DNA of 20,000 nt from Chiloscyllium plagiosum (taxonomy: Eukaryota). Below, one piece after another: positions 8,800 to 18,730 of the stretch. The stretch is taken from contig NC_057750.1 in assembly GCF_004010195.1 (NCBI RefSeq), positions 5,945,668 through 5,965,667 on the forward strand. Reading direction: 5' to 3'. A program made the translations under genes and the position numbers. Under the pieces are notes generated by a model. That model ran no database searches. It was not told the DNA's origin and was given only the letters and a program-made list of their open reading frames with translations. Every line of letters starts with the position of its first letter. Within the stretch, counting starts at the first letter, position 1.

Positions 8800-9552
8800 A
8801 AGGTTGGCTTTTATTTCCAAGGGGATGGAGTCTAAAAGTATACAAGGCACAAGCTAGATCACAGGTAGAATACTATAAATTGTTTTAGTTCTAAGGAGAT
8901 ACACTGGAATTGGAGGCAGTCCATAGAAGGTTCGTTAGACTAATACAGAAGGACTAGGTGGAAGTGAGTTCTGCAGATGCTGGAGATTAGAGTCAAGACT
9001 AGAGTGATGCTGGAAAAACACAACAGGTCAGGCAGCATCTGAGGAGCAGGAAAATCGATGTTTCGGGCAAAAGCCCTTCATTAGGAATATGAAGATACAG
9101 CGGAACAGTATTATGAGGAAGCGAGGGAGTAGATTGAGCCTGTACTCATTGGAATTTAGATGATTGAGAAGTAACCATATAGAAACAAACAGGATTCTTA
9201 AGGGTTTCACAGGTAAAGGTTGTTTCCTCTTGTGGAAGAGTCTAGGACCAGAGGGCATCATCTCAGAATAAAGCGTCACACATTTAAGACCGAGATGAGG
9301 AGGAATTTCTTCTTTCAGAGGGTAGCAAAATTGCAGAATTCTTTACTGCAAAGGACTGTTGAGGCTGAGTTATTAAGGCTGAGGTAGACGCATATTTAAT
9401 AAGGAAGGGAATCAAGGTTTTATAGGAAAAAAGCAGGAAAGTGGGATTGTGGATTACAGATCAGCTACAGTCTCATCAAATGGCAGTGCAGACTTGAATG
9501 GCTGAATTTAGGCTGAATGGCCTAAGTCTGCTCCTAAGTCTTATAGTCTTTT
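8800..9552 (+). mobile_element. Degenerate CR1 3' portion interrupted by a Penelope-like fragment
   Basis: ttggaggcagtccatagaaggttc (LEAVHRRF), aggaccagagggcatcatctc (RTRGHHL), aggaggaatttcttc (RRNFF), tail ggctgaatggcctaagtctgctcctaagtcttatagtctt. Confidence 0.85.
8955..9088 (-). mobile_element. Penelope-like element end with decayed minimal hammerhead motif
   Basis: Minus strand: CTAATGA-A-GGGC-TTTT-GCCC-GAAAC-ATCGAT-tttcctgctcctcagatgctgcctgacctg...tccagcatctgcag. Confidence 0.8.
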
Positions 9553-9706
9553 GGTCTCAGGCAAGGGTGTTGAAACTAACTCATGCTTCATTACCCTACA
9601 GCCAAGTGTAGCTAAAGGTAGCTCAGTGTGTACCTTGAGACAAAGTGATGCAATTTCCATGCCTTTTGGGGTCAGTTAGAGGCTAATTGTTCTTGTGTAG
9701 ATCATC

Positions 9707-9723
9707 AGGTCAGTTAAAGGTCA
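9707..9723 (+). promoter_or_regulatory. Perfect DR5 nuclear receptor element (RAR/RXR response element consensus)
   Basis: AGGTCA-gttaa-AGGTCA in unique sequence; function is inferred only. Confidence 0.55.
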
Positions 9724-9961
9724 AAAAATGTCTTGCACGTTTCAAGTACTTTTGATTTGGAAAGTGTGGCATCAGAATATACACATGTAGCACCTCAGGT
9801 TTGAGGATTGCACATGTTTAGAGACCAGGAGGCATTGTTCACATTGTGGTCAGTCAGAGTGCAATTGTAACCTTTACTAAATCCAAACTCCACATCATCA
9901 AGTCAATTTCTCCCTCTTCATTTTGAAGAGGAATTTATGGATGCGAACAGTTAAGAGTCAG

Positions 9962-10563
9962 ATGAGGATGGGAGTTGGGATGTCATGTTGTAGCAGTACA
10001 GGACATTGGTTAGGCCACTTCTGGAATACTGCATTCACTTCTGATCTCCCTGCTGTAGGAAAAATGTTGTTAAATGTGAGATGGTGCAGAAAAGATTTAC
10101 AAGGATGTTGCCAGGGTTGGGGGGCTTTGAGCTATAGGTAGAGGCTGAATAGGCTGGGGCTGTTTTCCCTGGAGCTTCGGATGTTGGGGGTGACCTTGTA
10201 GAGATTTATAAAATCATAAGGGTCATGGATAGGGCAACAACCAAGGTCTTTCAAAGGGTAGGGGTGTCCAAAACTAGAGGGCATAGGTTTAAGGTGAGAG
10301 GGGAAAGATTTGAAAGGGACCTAGGGGGCATCGTTTGACACAGAGTGTGATCTGTGTACAGAACAAGCTGCCAGAGGAAGTGGTGGAGGCTGGTACAATT
10401 ACAACATTTAAAAGGCATCTGGATGAGTATATGAATAGGAGGGGTTTAGAGGGATATGGGCCAAGTGCTGGCAAATGGGACGAGATTAATTTAGGATATG
10501 TAGTCGGCACGGATGAGTTGGACGGAAGGGCCTGTTTCCATGCTGTACATCTCTATGACTCTG
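9962..10563 (+). mobile_element. CR1 (HER1-like) LINE 3' end
   Basis: ttggttaggccacttctggaatactgc (LVRPLLEYC), gtgcagaaaagatttacaagg (VQKRFTR), actagagggcat (TRGH), ORF 10335 NKLPEEVVEAGTITTFKRHLDEYMN, tail ctctatgactct. Confidence 0.95.
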
Positions 10564-11190
10564 TAACGTTTAACACAAGCGGCACCTCCTCACCAGTGTG
10601 GTTAGGTGTTGCTTTGACACTTGTTATTGACATGTTGAACGAGTCAATCTCCAGTTGCTTCCAGTTAAGCAGCAGCCCTGAATGACTTTCCGGGAAGATA
10701 ATAGCGTCTGGGCAGTGACAACAAATTTGCGATAGGATTTGATAGGTGACTGGTCAGCAGTGTCTGACTCAAGCCTCCAAGTGACGGTGGGGGGGGGGGG
10801 GAGGGTTTTCTCTCCCTTTCACTGCTGTTTAACGAGGATGCGGTTTCAATCTGTAAATAAACAGACCAAGGCATGCAGCAACTTCCTCCGAAACACTCAC
10901 TTCCCATCCTTTCAGCCTTATCTCCCGACCAACGTGCAGTCAGTAGGCGGTTTCCTCTCTCCACACGCTGCGGCCCTGCTTCCAGCCTCAGGCAGCAGTT
11001 GGCCCATGTTGGCCAGTAAACAAGGACACAGGACAGAGCGAAGGGTCAGGGGTGAGGGTCGGCCAATTCTCCAATTCATTGGCCACACTAAAGTTGCCAT
11101 CGAATGGTCACTGGGTGACATTAGCCATTTGTTAAGGGAGGTTACTCCCAGGTTACGGGATGGAAGAAAGCAGAGAGAGAAAACATCAAA
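10564..11190. promoter_or_regulatory. Unique motif-rich island: enhancer or alternative minus-strand promoter
   Basis: AP-1 TGACTCA 10765-10771, G13 run 10789-10801, forkhead GTAAATAAACA about 10853-10863 and GTAAACA 11016-11022, GATA cttatct 10917-10923, GGGTCAgGGGTGA 11043-11055, three CCAAT boxes 11063-11082. Confidence 0.4.
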
Positions 11191-12378
11191 ATTAGAAGCA
11201 GGAGTAGGCTATCTGGCCCTTTGGGCCTGCACCACCATTCAGTAAGATGGTGGCTGATCTTTATCATGGACCCAGCTCCACTTATCCGCCCTCTCACTAT
11301 AACCCTGAATTCCTTTACTGTTAAAAAACATTATCTATCTTAGCTTTAAAAGCGTTTACTGAGGAAGCCTCAACTACTTCACTGGGCAGGGAATTCCGCA
11401 GATTCACAACCCTCTGAGTGAAGAAGTTCCTTCTCGATTCAGTCCTAAATCTGCTCCCCCTAATTTTGGGGCAAAGCCCTCTTGTCCTAATTTCACCCAG
11501 CAGTGGAAACACCTCTATTTCTATCTTACGTATTCCATTCATAATTTAATATGTTTCTAAAAGATCCCCCCCTTATTCGTCTATATTCCAATGAATATAA
11601 TCCCAGTATACTTAGTCTCTCCTTAAAGGCCAACACCCTCAACTCCAGAATCAACCCAGTAAACCTCTTCTGCACCCCATCTAATGCCAGTGGGGAGACC
11701 AAATCTGCACACAGTACTCCAGGTGTGGCCTCACCAGCATCCTATACAGCTGCAGCATAACCACCCTGCTTTTAAACTCAATTCCTTTAGCAAGGAATTT
11801 GTCTTCTTAATTACCTATTGCACCTGCAGACTAACCTTCTGTGATTCTTGCACAAGGACATCCAGGTCCCTCTGCACAGCAGTGTGCTGCAATTTCTCAC
11901 CATTCAAATAATAATCCTTTTTACTGTTATTCCTCCCAAAATGAATGACTTCACATTTATTAACATCGTATTCTATCTGCCAGACCTTTGCCCACTCACT
12001 TCAACTATCTCTGTCCCTTTGTAAAGTTTCACAGTCCTCTGCACATCTTGCTCTATCATTCATCTTATCATCATCTGCAAACTTTGACACACTACATGTG
12101 GACCACAACTCCAAATCATCCATGTAAATTGAGAACAATTGCAATCCCATCACTGATCCCTGAGACACACCACTAGTCACTGATTGCCAACCAGAAAAGC
12201 ACTCATTTATCCCCACTCTTTGCTTTCTGTTGGTTACCAATCCTCTACCCATGCTAATACATTGCCCATAACATCTTGCATTTTTATCTTATGCAGCAGC
12301 CTTTTGTACAACACCTTGCCAAATGCCTTTTGGAAATCTAGATACACCACATCTACTGGGTTCCCATTGCCCACTGTA
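11191..12378 (-). mobile_element. CR1 LINE 3' 1.2 kb including decayed RT domain
   Basis: ORF 12001..12252 RKQRVGIN...VTSGVSQGSVMGLQLFSIYMDDL...SKFADD (RT QG and FADD motifs); ORF 11321..11542 RTRG...RRNFFTQRVVNLRNSLP. Confidence 0.97.
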
Positions 12379-12437
12379 CTCGGAAGGTCGTCATGGAGAG
12401 ATAGAGAAAAGTATATAGATGTTGAGAGAGAGAAAAT

Positions 12438-13235
12438 ACTAGAAACATGGAATATGGAACTAGGCTATTCAGCCCATTGAGCCTACTCTGCTATTCAATG
12501 TGATCATAGTGACTCAGTGGTTAGCACCATTGCCTTATAGTGCCAATGACCCAGGTTTAATTCCACACCGGGCGAATTGTGGGGTTTTCATGTTCTCCCT
12601 GTGTTTGGATTTTCTCTAGGTGCTTCTCTCACAGTCCAAAGATGTGCAGGTTAAGTGGTGTGGCTATGCTAAATTGCCCATAGTGTCCAGGGATGTGTAG
12701 GTTACATGGATTAGCCAGGGGAAATGCAGGGCTACAGGGATAGGGTCATGGGTTGGGTCTGTGTGGGATGCTCTTCAGAGGGTCGCTGTGGACTTACTTG
12801 TTGGACCGAAAAGCCTGCTTCCATATTTTAAGGATTCTATCTTCCATCTCAGTGTGATACTCCTGCTCTCTATCCATATTTTTTTTACACCTTAAGCTTC
12901 TCAAAATCTATATATTTATTTCTTAAATGCATTCACCCCCTCCCCCCAGCATTCTGGTGATAGACAATTCCACAGTTTCACCACCCTCTGATTGAAAAGA
13001 TTTCTCCTCATCTCAGTCTTCACATAGCCTGAGACAGTGACAACCCCCCCACCCGCCACCCCATTATAGACCTCCTGGACAGAGGAAACGGCAATCTGAA
13101 TCCAGGCTGTCTCGTCCTGACAGAATTATATACGTTTCGGTCATATTCCCTCTCATTCGTCTAAATCCCAGCGAATACAGACCCAGTTGACTCAATCTCT
13201 TTTCATAAAACAAACCTACCATCCCAGGTATCATT
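12438..13235 (-). mobile_element. Old CR1 3' end split by the SINE at 12509-12840
   Basis: taggctattcagcccattgagcctactctgctattcaatgtgatcat, resuming atcttccatctc...gacaattccacagtttcaccaccctctg...ttcctcatctcagtc. Confidence 0.8.
12509..12840 (+). mobile_element. HE1-like V-SINE
   Basis: gtgactcagtggttagcacc head, degraded V-domain, gctatgctaaattgcccatagtgtccagg, tail aggattctat. Confidence 0.9.
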
Positions 13236-13265
13236 CAGAAAGAAACTGCATCTTGGTCAAACAGC

Positions 13266-13440
13266 ATTGAGTCACACAGCACGGAAACAGATCCTTCAGT
13301 CCAACTCGAGAATAATCCCAAATTAAACTAGACCTACCCATCTGTGCGTGGCCCATAATCCTCCATGTTTCTTATTCATGAACCTATCCAAATGTCTTTT
13401 AAAATGTTGTAACTATGCCCACATTGGAAGTTCATTCCAC
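13266..13440 (-). mobile_element. CR1 3' tail fragment
   Basis: gagtcacacagcacggaaacagatccttcagtccaactc...cctatccaaatgtcttttaaaatgttgtaa, parallels 5260-5450. Confidence 0.85.
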
Positions 13441-13682
13441 ACATTCTCCCCATGTCTGCGTGGGTTTCCTCCAGGTGCTCCTGTTTCCTCCCACAGAACA
13501 ACGATGTACAGGTTAGGTGAATTGGCTATGCTAAATTGCCCATAGTGTTCAGGGATGTGCAGGTTAGGTGCATTATTCATGGGTAAATGTAGAAAAATGG
13601 GGAATGGTTTTGGGTGGGACATTCTTCGGAGGGTTGGTGTGGACACGGGCTGAAAGGCCTGTTTCCACACTGTAGGGATTCT
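13439..13682 (+). mobile_element. HE1-like V-SINE, 5'-truncated
   Basis: Begins inside the V-domain (acattctcccccatgtctgcgtgggtttcctcc), ends ccacactgtagggattct. Confidence 0.92.
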
Positions 13683-13747
13683 GGGTGTGGGGCCGTATGG
13701 GATGGGGGATAACTCAGCAATCGGTCAGTGGAACTGAACCGAGCAAG

Positions 13748-13862
13748 GACCTTTGTGGTGATGTGGTAGTGTCCCTACTTCTGGGCTAAGAAGTTCAAAT
13801 CTCACTGCCCCCAAAAATTGTAAGATAATACCACTGAATGGGTCAATTAGGAAAATATCTAA
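13748..13862 (+). mobile_element. Short tRNA-derived SINE remnant
   Basis: gtggtgatgtggtagtgtccctacttctggg...gttcaaatctcac (A- and B-box-like), ending attaggaaaatatct. Confidence 0.5.
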
Positions 13863-14039
13863 CTGACTTGAGCAGCACAAACAATCCTACACATGACCAC
13901 CCATTCTGACAATGCCCATCGATCCGATCAGCAAGCCCCCACCCTGCCCATTCACTAACCCACACTCTCCTTCACAGAAGGACACAAAACTCACTTCGAA
14001 TTTCCTCACCTTTCCTTGAAGAAGACAGAGAAGTGGTAA

Positions 14040-14780
14040 GTAACATTTGGGCTACACAAATACCAGACATCACCAATAAGAAACAAGTTAACCACAAATC
14101 TTTGACATTCTGAATCACTGAATCACTTAGCATCACTGAATCCCTCCATCAATCAACATCCTGGGGGTTACCATTGACCAAAAACTCAACTGGACTCACC
14201 ATATAAAAACAGTGGCTACAAGGGCAGGTCAAAGGCTGAGAATCCTGCAGTCAGTAACTCATGTCCTGACTCCCCAAAGCCTATCCACCATCTACAAGGC
14301 ACAAGTCAGGAGTGTGATGGAATACTCCCCACTTGCCTGTATGGGTGCCGCTCCAAAACCACTCAAGCAGCTCGACACTATCCAGGGCAAAGCAGCCCCG
14401 TTTGATTGGCACCCCGTTCACTCCCTCCACCACTGTGTACTATCTACAAAATGCACTGCAGAAATTCAATGGTCCTCAAACAGTCCATTCCAAACCCACA
14501 ACCACTTCCATCTAGAAGGACAAGGGCAGCAGATAGATGGGAACACCACCCCCTGCAAGTTCCACTCACCATCCTGACTTGGAAACATAACACCAATCCT
14601 TCACTGTCATTGGGTCAAAATCCTAGAATTCCCTCCCTGAGGGCACGGTGGGTCAACCCACAGCAGGTTGATTGCAATGGTTCAAGGTGGCAGCTCACCA
14701 CCACCTTCTCAAGGGGCAATTAGGAACAGACAATATTGCCTAGCCAGTAATACCTATGTCTCACAAATGAATTTTAAAAA
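14040..14780 (+). mobile_element. L2/CR1-type LINE 3' end (ORF2 C-terminus plus tail)
   Basis: atcctgggggttaccattgaccaaaaactcaactgg (ILGVTIDQKLNW); ORF 14212 RAGQRLRIL...LSTIYKAQVRSVMEYSPLA...LDTIQGKAA. Confidence 0.92.
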
Positions 14781-15689
14781 CCAGCTCTGGTCATTTCTAT
14801 TTCAGCAGGGTTAAGTTAGGAGTCCCAGCTGAAAATGAGTAGCTCCACTGGGTGTTAGCTGTATTCAACTGCCCATAGCCTTACCATTGACCAGAAGATC
14901 TGGCCCAAACGTAGTCAAAAGCCCTGTGCTAGCATCCACCGGCACCCAAATAAGAAGGTGCATTCTCCTCTTCAAATAGTGGTTGTGGGATTTTTTTCAG
15001 CCACAGGGGAAAGACACACCTTCAATCGTGAGATCAAGGGTGAACCCTGAACACCAAATCCTTACCCTCCAAGGGTGAGCTTCTGGGATGTTGGACATTG
15101 GAACACCTCACGACAGCTCTGAAATAGTTAAACCGTGTCCTGTCAAAGATTGAGGCTACTGTAAAGTTGGCTCTTGGGATCTTGGTCTACACATAGCAGC
15201 TGTAACTCATGTACGCTAGTATGCTGGAAGATGGATTCACCACAGATGAGATAGGACAGGAAACAGGGCCGGGGGTGGGGGCGGTTACTGGTGGTGCAGG
15301 GTTTCCCAAGCTAGCAATCCCTCCGCCGCTGCAGTAACCTGGGATGGGACTGTTGGAACATCAATCTATTCACAGACGCCAGACTCTGAACTCTCTCCTG
15401 CTCTCCCCCACCTATCGCCCAGGGAGGAACAAGTGCTGATATGAAAATGTTGCAAGTTTAGCAAGGTCTCACTGTCCCACAGAGAGCTCAGTGAATTCTG
15501 TAATGCACATCAGCCACTTTTCTGTCCCTACCGAGCGTTCTTGGGTTTCGTGACGTCAGTCAGAAGGCTGACCACCTCCCCCTTCACATCCACCCACAGC
15601 CCCTCTACCCCCATCCCATGACACAGCATTAGGCTCCATCATGATTCCACAACAGCTGTCGGAATGCTTAGCGAATCCTGGGTGAGGTT

Positions 15690-16055
15690 TAATAATTAAG
15701 GGAATCGAGGGTGACGGGGAAAAGGCAAGAAAATGGAATGGAGAGTTGGTCATGATCTTATTGAATGGCAGATTGGTTGAACAGCCTAATTCTGCTCCAA
15801 TGTCTTATGGCCTTACACTGGAGCATCAGGAAGCAGAGGGGGTACAGATCAAAGACAGTTAGTAAACAGAAACCCAGATTAGGGAAGCTGAGGGGTTTTA
15901 TTCACTCTGCAAGTTGTCATGAAATGGGCTACACTGCCCTGAAAGGATGATGAAACAGATTCACCAGGGACTTCATTATTGGGGTGGGAAGAAGGGACAA
16001 GGTGAGCAGAACTAACTGGTCAGTATTGTGTCAGCTGAATGGCTTGCTCCTCAGA
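15690..16055 (+). mobile_element. Two degenerate CR1 3' fragments (about 15690-15812 and 15880-16055)
   Basis: taagggaatcgaggg...catgatcttattgaatggcaga...ctgctccaatgtcttatggcctta; then actgccctgaaaggatgatgaaacagattca...gctgaatggcttgctcct. Confidence 0.7.
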
Positions 16056-16464
16056 ATACATCTCTAGGATCAGGAAATAAACTGGGATCTTCCTGTGCAG
16101 CTCTAAATCCACTGCTGAAAACAGGCAAAGTGGGACACATGCACAGAGAATTACCTGCAGCATGGGTCACTAAGAGGCTGTGCCTGACAGAACAAGAGGG
16201 ATGTCTTAAATCAAGTGTGTCTGTCATGTCCAAATGCAGAAGCTGCTGAATGGGCCGAAGGGCCGAGTTTAATCCCAGAGGCAACCGAGATGCTCCAGCT
16301 GACCAGGAGTCAGGGGTCTGACTCAGACTTCCAGCCCAGAGAGACAGACCTTGGCCTCAGAGATTAAATACATCTGGTGTGGCTCATTCCCCCTAAAGTC
16401 AGATTGTGGTTTCAAAGCCACACAAGAATGAAATTCCAGGCTTTCAAAATCTTCAGAGATGTTT

Positions 16465-16849
16465 CTCCCTGGTGCCCTGTTCAATCACTCCCAGAACGTG
16501 GACAACAAGGGGTTAAAAATGGAGTAAAGCTTCTTCTGCACCATCCCCATCAAACATAGGGTTCGCTAAAGCTCCTTCTACTCTTGAAAACAGAAAGTGA
16601 CCTGAAAGTAAAGCTCTTTTTACACTGTCCCCATGAAACAGTCCCAGGATAGGGGCAGCACAGGGTTAGATATAGAGTAAAGCTCCTTCTACTCGTATAA
16701 ACTGAAAGCTGCCTTTACACTATCCCCATCAAACTGTCCCAGGACAAGGATAGCAAAGGGTTAGATACAGAGTGAAGCTCCTTTTACAGTGTCCCCCATC
16801 AAACACTCCCAGGACAGGGACAGCATGGGGTTTAGATACAGAGTAATGC
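16465..16849 (+). repeat. Minisatellite of about 69-bp units with short variant units
   Basis: Unit about AAAGCTCCTTTTACACTGTCCCCATCAAACACTCCCAGGACAGGGACAGCAnGGGGTTAGATACAGAGT; unit starts at 16526, 16568, 16610, 16679, 16705, 16774, 16845. Confidence 0.9.
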
Positions 16850-16921
16850 CTCAGTAATACCCTTCAGACTCTGGCCTGAGAAGCAGAGTTTGTGGGTTTA
16901 GTGCCTGCAAATTGGGATTAA

Positions 16922-17222
16922 GATTCAGAGGGGGCTATATGAGAGGGAGGATGCTGAGAGGATATTTCCCTTGGTGGGGGATTTGAGAGTGAGGGGGCAC
17001 AGTTTAAAGCCATGGATGTCTTGTAGAAAATAAAGAGGGATTTTCTCTCCCAGAGGTTTGTTAGACCTTGGAGTCCAAGGTTCAAGAGGAGGAGGAGACT
17101 ATGGGTTTGGGTGCGAGTGGAAAGTGGGGTAGAGGCCACAATCAGATTGGCCATAATCATATTGAATGGCAGTGCAGGTTCAAGGAGCCGAATGGCCTAT
17201 TCCTGCACCTAATTTGTATGTC
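16922..17222 (+). mobile_element. Degenerate CR1 3' end
   Basis: gagggggcacagtttaaa (RGHSL), ttttctctcccagagg, ggccataatcatattgaatggc...gccgaatggcctattcctgcacctaattt. Confidence 0.8.
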
Positions 17223-17332
17223 TCTAGCCTGCACAAGACGTTTACAATGTTGGTTAGAATACATTCAAGTTAAGGACTCAGGACTGGAGCTGAAATCATG
17301 TACCTGCAGTTAAAATGCATGACTTTTAGATA

Positions 17333-17702
17333 TTTTTCAAAATGTGGGCATCGTGGTCAAGGCCAGCATTTGTTATCCATCCCTAATTGCCCATTGAACG
17401 GAGTGTTTGCTTGTGCCAGAAAACAGTAAAGAGTAAAAGCATATAGCTGTGGATCTGGAGTCACAGAGGCGGGACCAGGTTAGATTATCTTCCCTAAAGG
17501 CTATATTAATGAACCAGACAGGTTCTTAAATGAATCAATCATCGCTTCATAGTCTCAATAGTGAAGCCAACCTTACATACCAGATTTCTTAATCAAATCC
17601 AAATTTCTTAATCAAATCCAGCCATGGCAGGATTTGAACCCACAGATCCTAAGCATTAGCCTGGATTACCAGTCCAGTATCATTACAACCAAGCTATCTT
17701 TC
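17333..17702 (-). mobile_element. Near full-length tRNA-derived SINE with Meta-domain-like core and LINE-derived tail
   Basis: Reverse: head actggactggtaatccagg...gggttcaaatcctgccatggc; core ctggttcattaat...cctttagggaag...gtgactccagatccacagc; tail caatgggcaattagggatggataacaaatgctggcc shared with the LINE at 14040-14780. Confidence 0.8.
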
Positions 17703-17884
17703 CACATGAGAATGAATCGTTGGCTGGGTGGTTTTGGGAGGTCAGGATGATGGAGATACAGCCTCTGTGCCTTCCCATACAAAAGTCCTAATCAATGGTG
17801 TCTCTCATCTAAAGACCCAAATTACGGGTAATTTCTTGATTGACAATTCTCTCTGCTCGGCTCTATTTCTCTGTCTCCATGGGA

Positions 17885-17938
17885 TTGAAACCAAACACAA
17901 ATCAAATGAAATTACTGCAGCTCTGTGAACATTTTAAT
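17885..17938 (-). terminator. Putative cleavage/polyadenylation site
   Basis: ATTAAA-atgttcacagagctgCAgtaa-tttcatttgatttgtgtttggttt: hexamer, CA about 16 nt downstream, then U/GU-rich element; U-rich tract upstream. Confidence 0.45.
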
Positions 17939-18658
17939 ATCTGTATAAAGCATTAAAACAGTCAAAAACACTCCAACAAGCACTGTCCCTGACCACTAGC
18001 TGTGCGATCCGGTCAGTGGAAGAGAAAGGGAGGAAAATACAAATGAATAAAAAAAAGAGCTTGTCCCCAGTGGGAATGGAATAAGGATTTAATTTCGATT
18101 ACATCCAGCTCATTTACAAACGCAACGTCCTTGAAAAGTTCATCATTGTGTGTCACAGGCTGTCTCGACGGAAACGTGGATGGATAATGAGAGTAACCAC
18201 CTTCCTCCGAAAGGGGCTGTCATTCAGCCAAGAATTGCAGGATGAGATGAGTTAAATTGGAATCCTTTGATCTCAAAAGGTTTGTTACATTGTGATCAAT
18301 AACCAAACTAGGAGTTGTGGCACTGCCACCATGTTGCAGTATGGCATGCGAATGGGGCTCAGTTATTGCACTGCCAGTTGGGTATGTCATGGAACTCAAT
18401 GGGCTGAACGGCCTCTTTTCCATGCTCCCACGACTCTACAAATGTGCAGGATGGCAGCTGACAGTCTGAAGAATGGAAATCTTGTCGTTCGGTAGCGTTC
18501 CCACTCGGAAATCCGGACCAGCAGGTCACCCAGCATTGGCTGACTGTCCAAGCTGCAGCACCCGGCGTTCCCACTGCCGTCAGACGGAACTGGTGCAGTC
18601 TGTCCACGGAGAGGACGCGATCCCCCTCCTACACTGCTGGCCTCACTCTAGGAAACAA
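17910..18658 (-). other. Putative terminal exon (short coding end plus 3' UTR) of an unidentified minus-strand gene
   Basis: Minus strand: branch-like CTAAC, cctgtttgttttcCAG acceptor (AG at 18660-18659); all three frames stop within 30 nt; mostly unique sequence to ATTAAA at 17938-17933. Confidence 0.45.
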
Positions 18659-18689
18659 CTGGAAAACAAACAGGGTCCGTTAGAAAGGA

Positions 18690-18730
18690 CAAGTATCTAT
18701 ATAGCGCCTTTCACAATCTCAGGACATCCC
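18690..18730 (-). mobile_element. L2-type/Deu-SINE 3' tail fragment
   Basis: Reverse gggatgtcctgagattgtgaaaggcgctatatagatacttg, the L2-clade 3' terminal motif (aaggcgctatat). Confidence 0.65.

Noticed and set aside
10739..11245. Longest ORF (168 aa) and the overlapping minus-strand ORFs
   Set aside because: Non-ATG start, crosses a G13 homopolymer, ends in a CR1 tail, no recognisable domain
16465..16849. CRISPR-like repeat/spacer appearance
   Set aside because: Units are tandem and degenerate with no unique spacers, there are no cas genes, and the context is vertebrate
17584..17620. 19-bp-period tandem duplication atttcttaatcaaatcca
   Set aside because: Simple slippage duplication inside a SINE
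18040..18056. Plus-strand AATAAA
   Set aside because: Embedded in an A-run with no upstream plus-strand exon; reads better as U-rich 3' UTR on the minus strand
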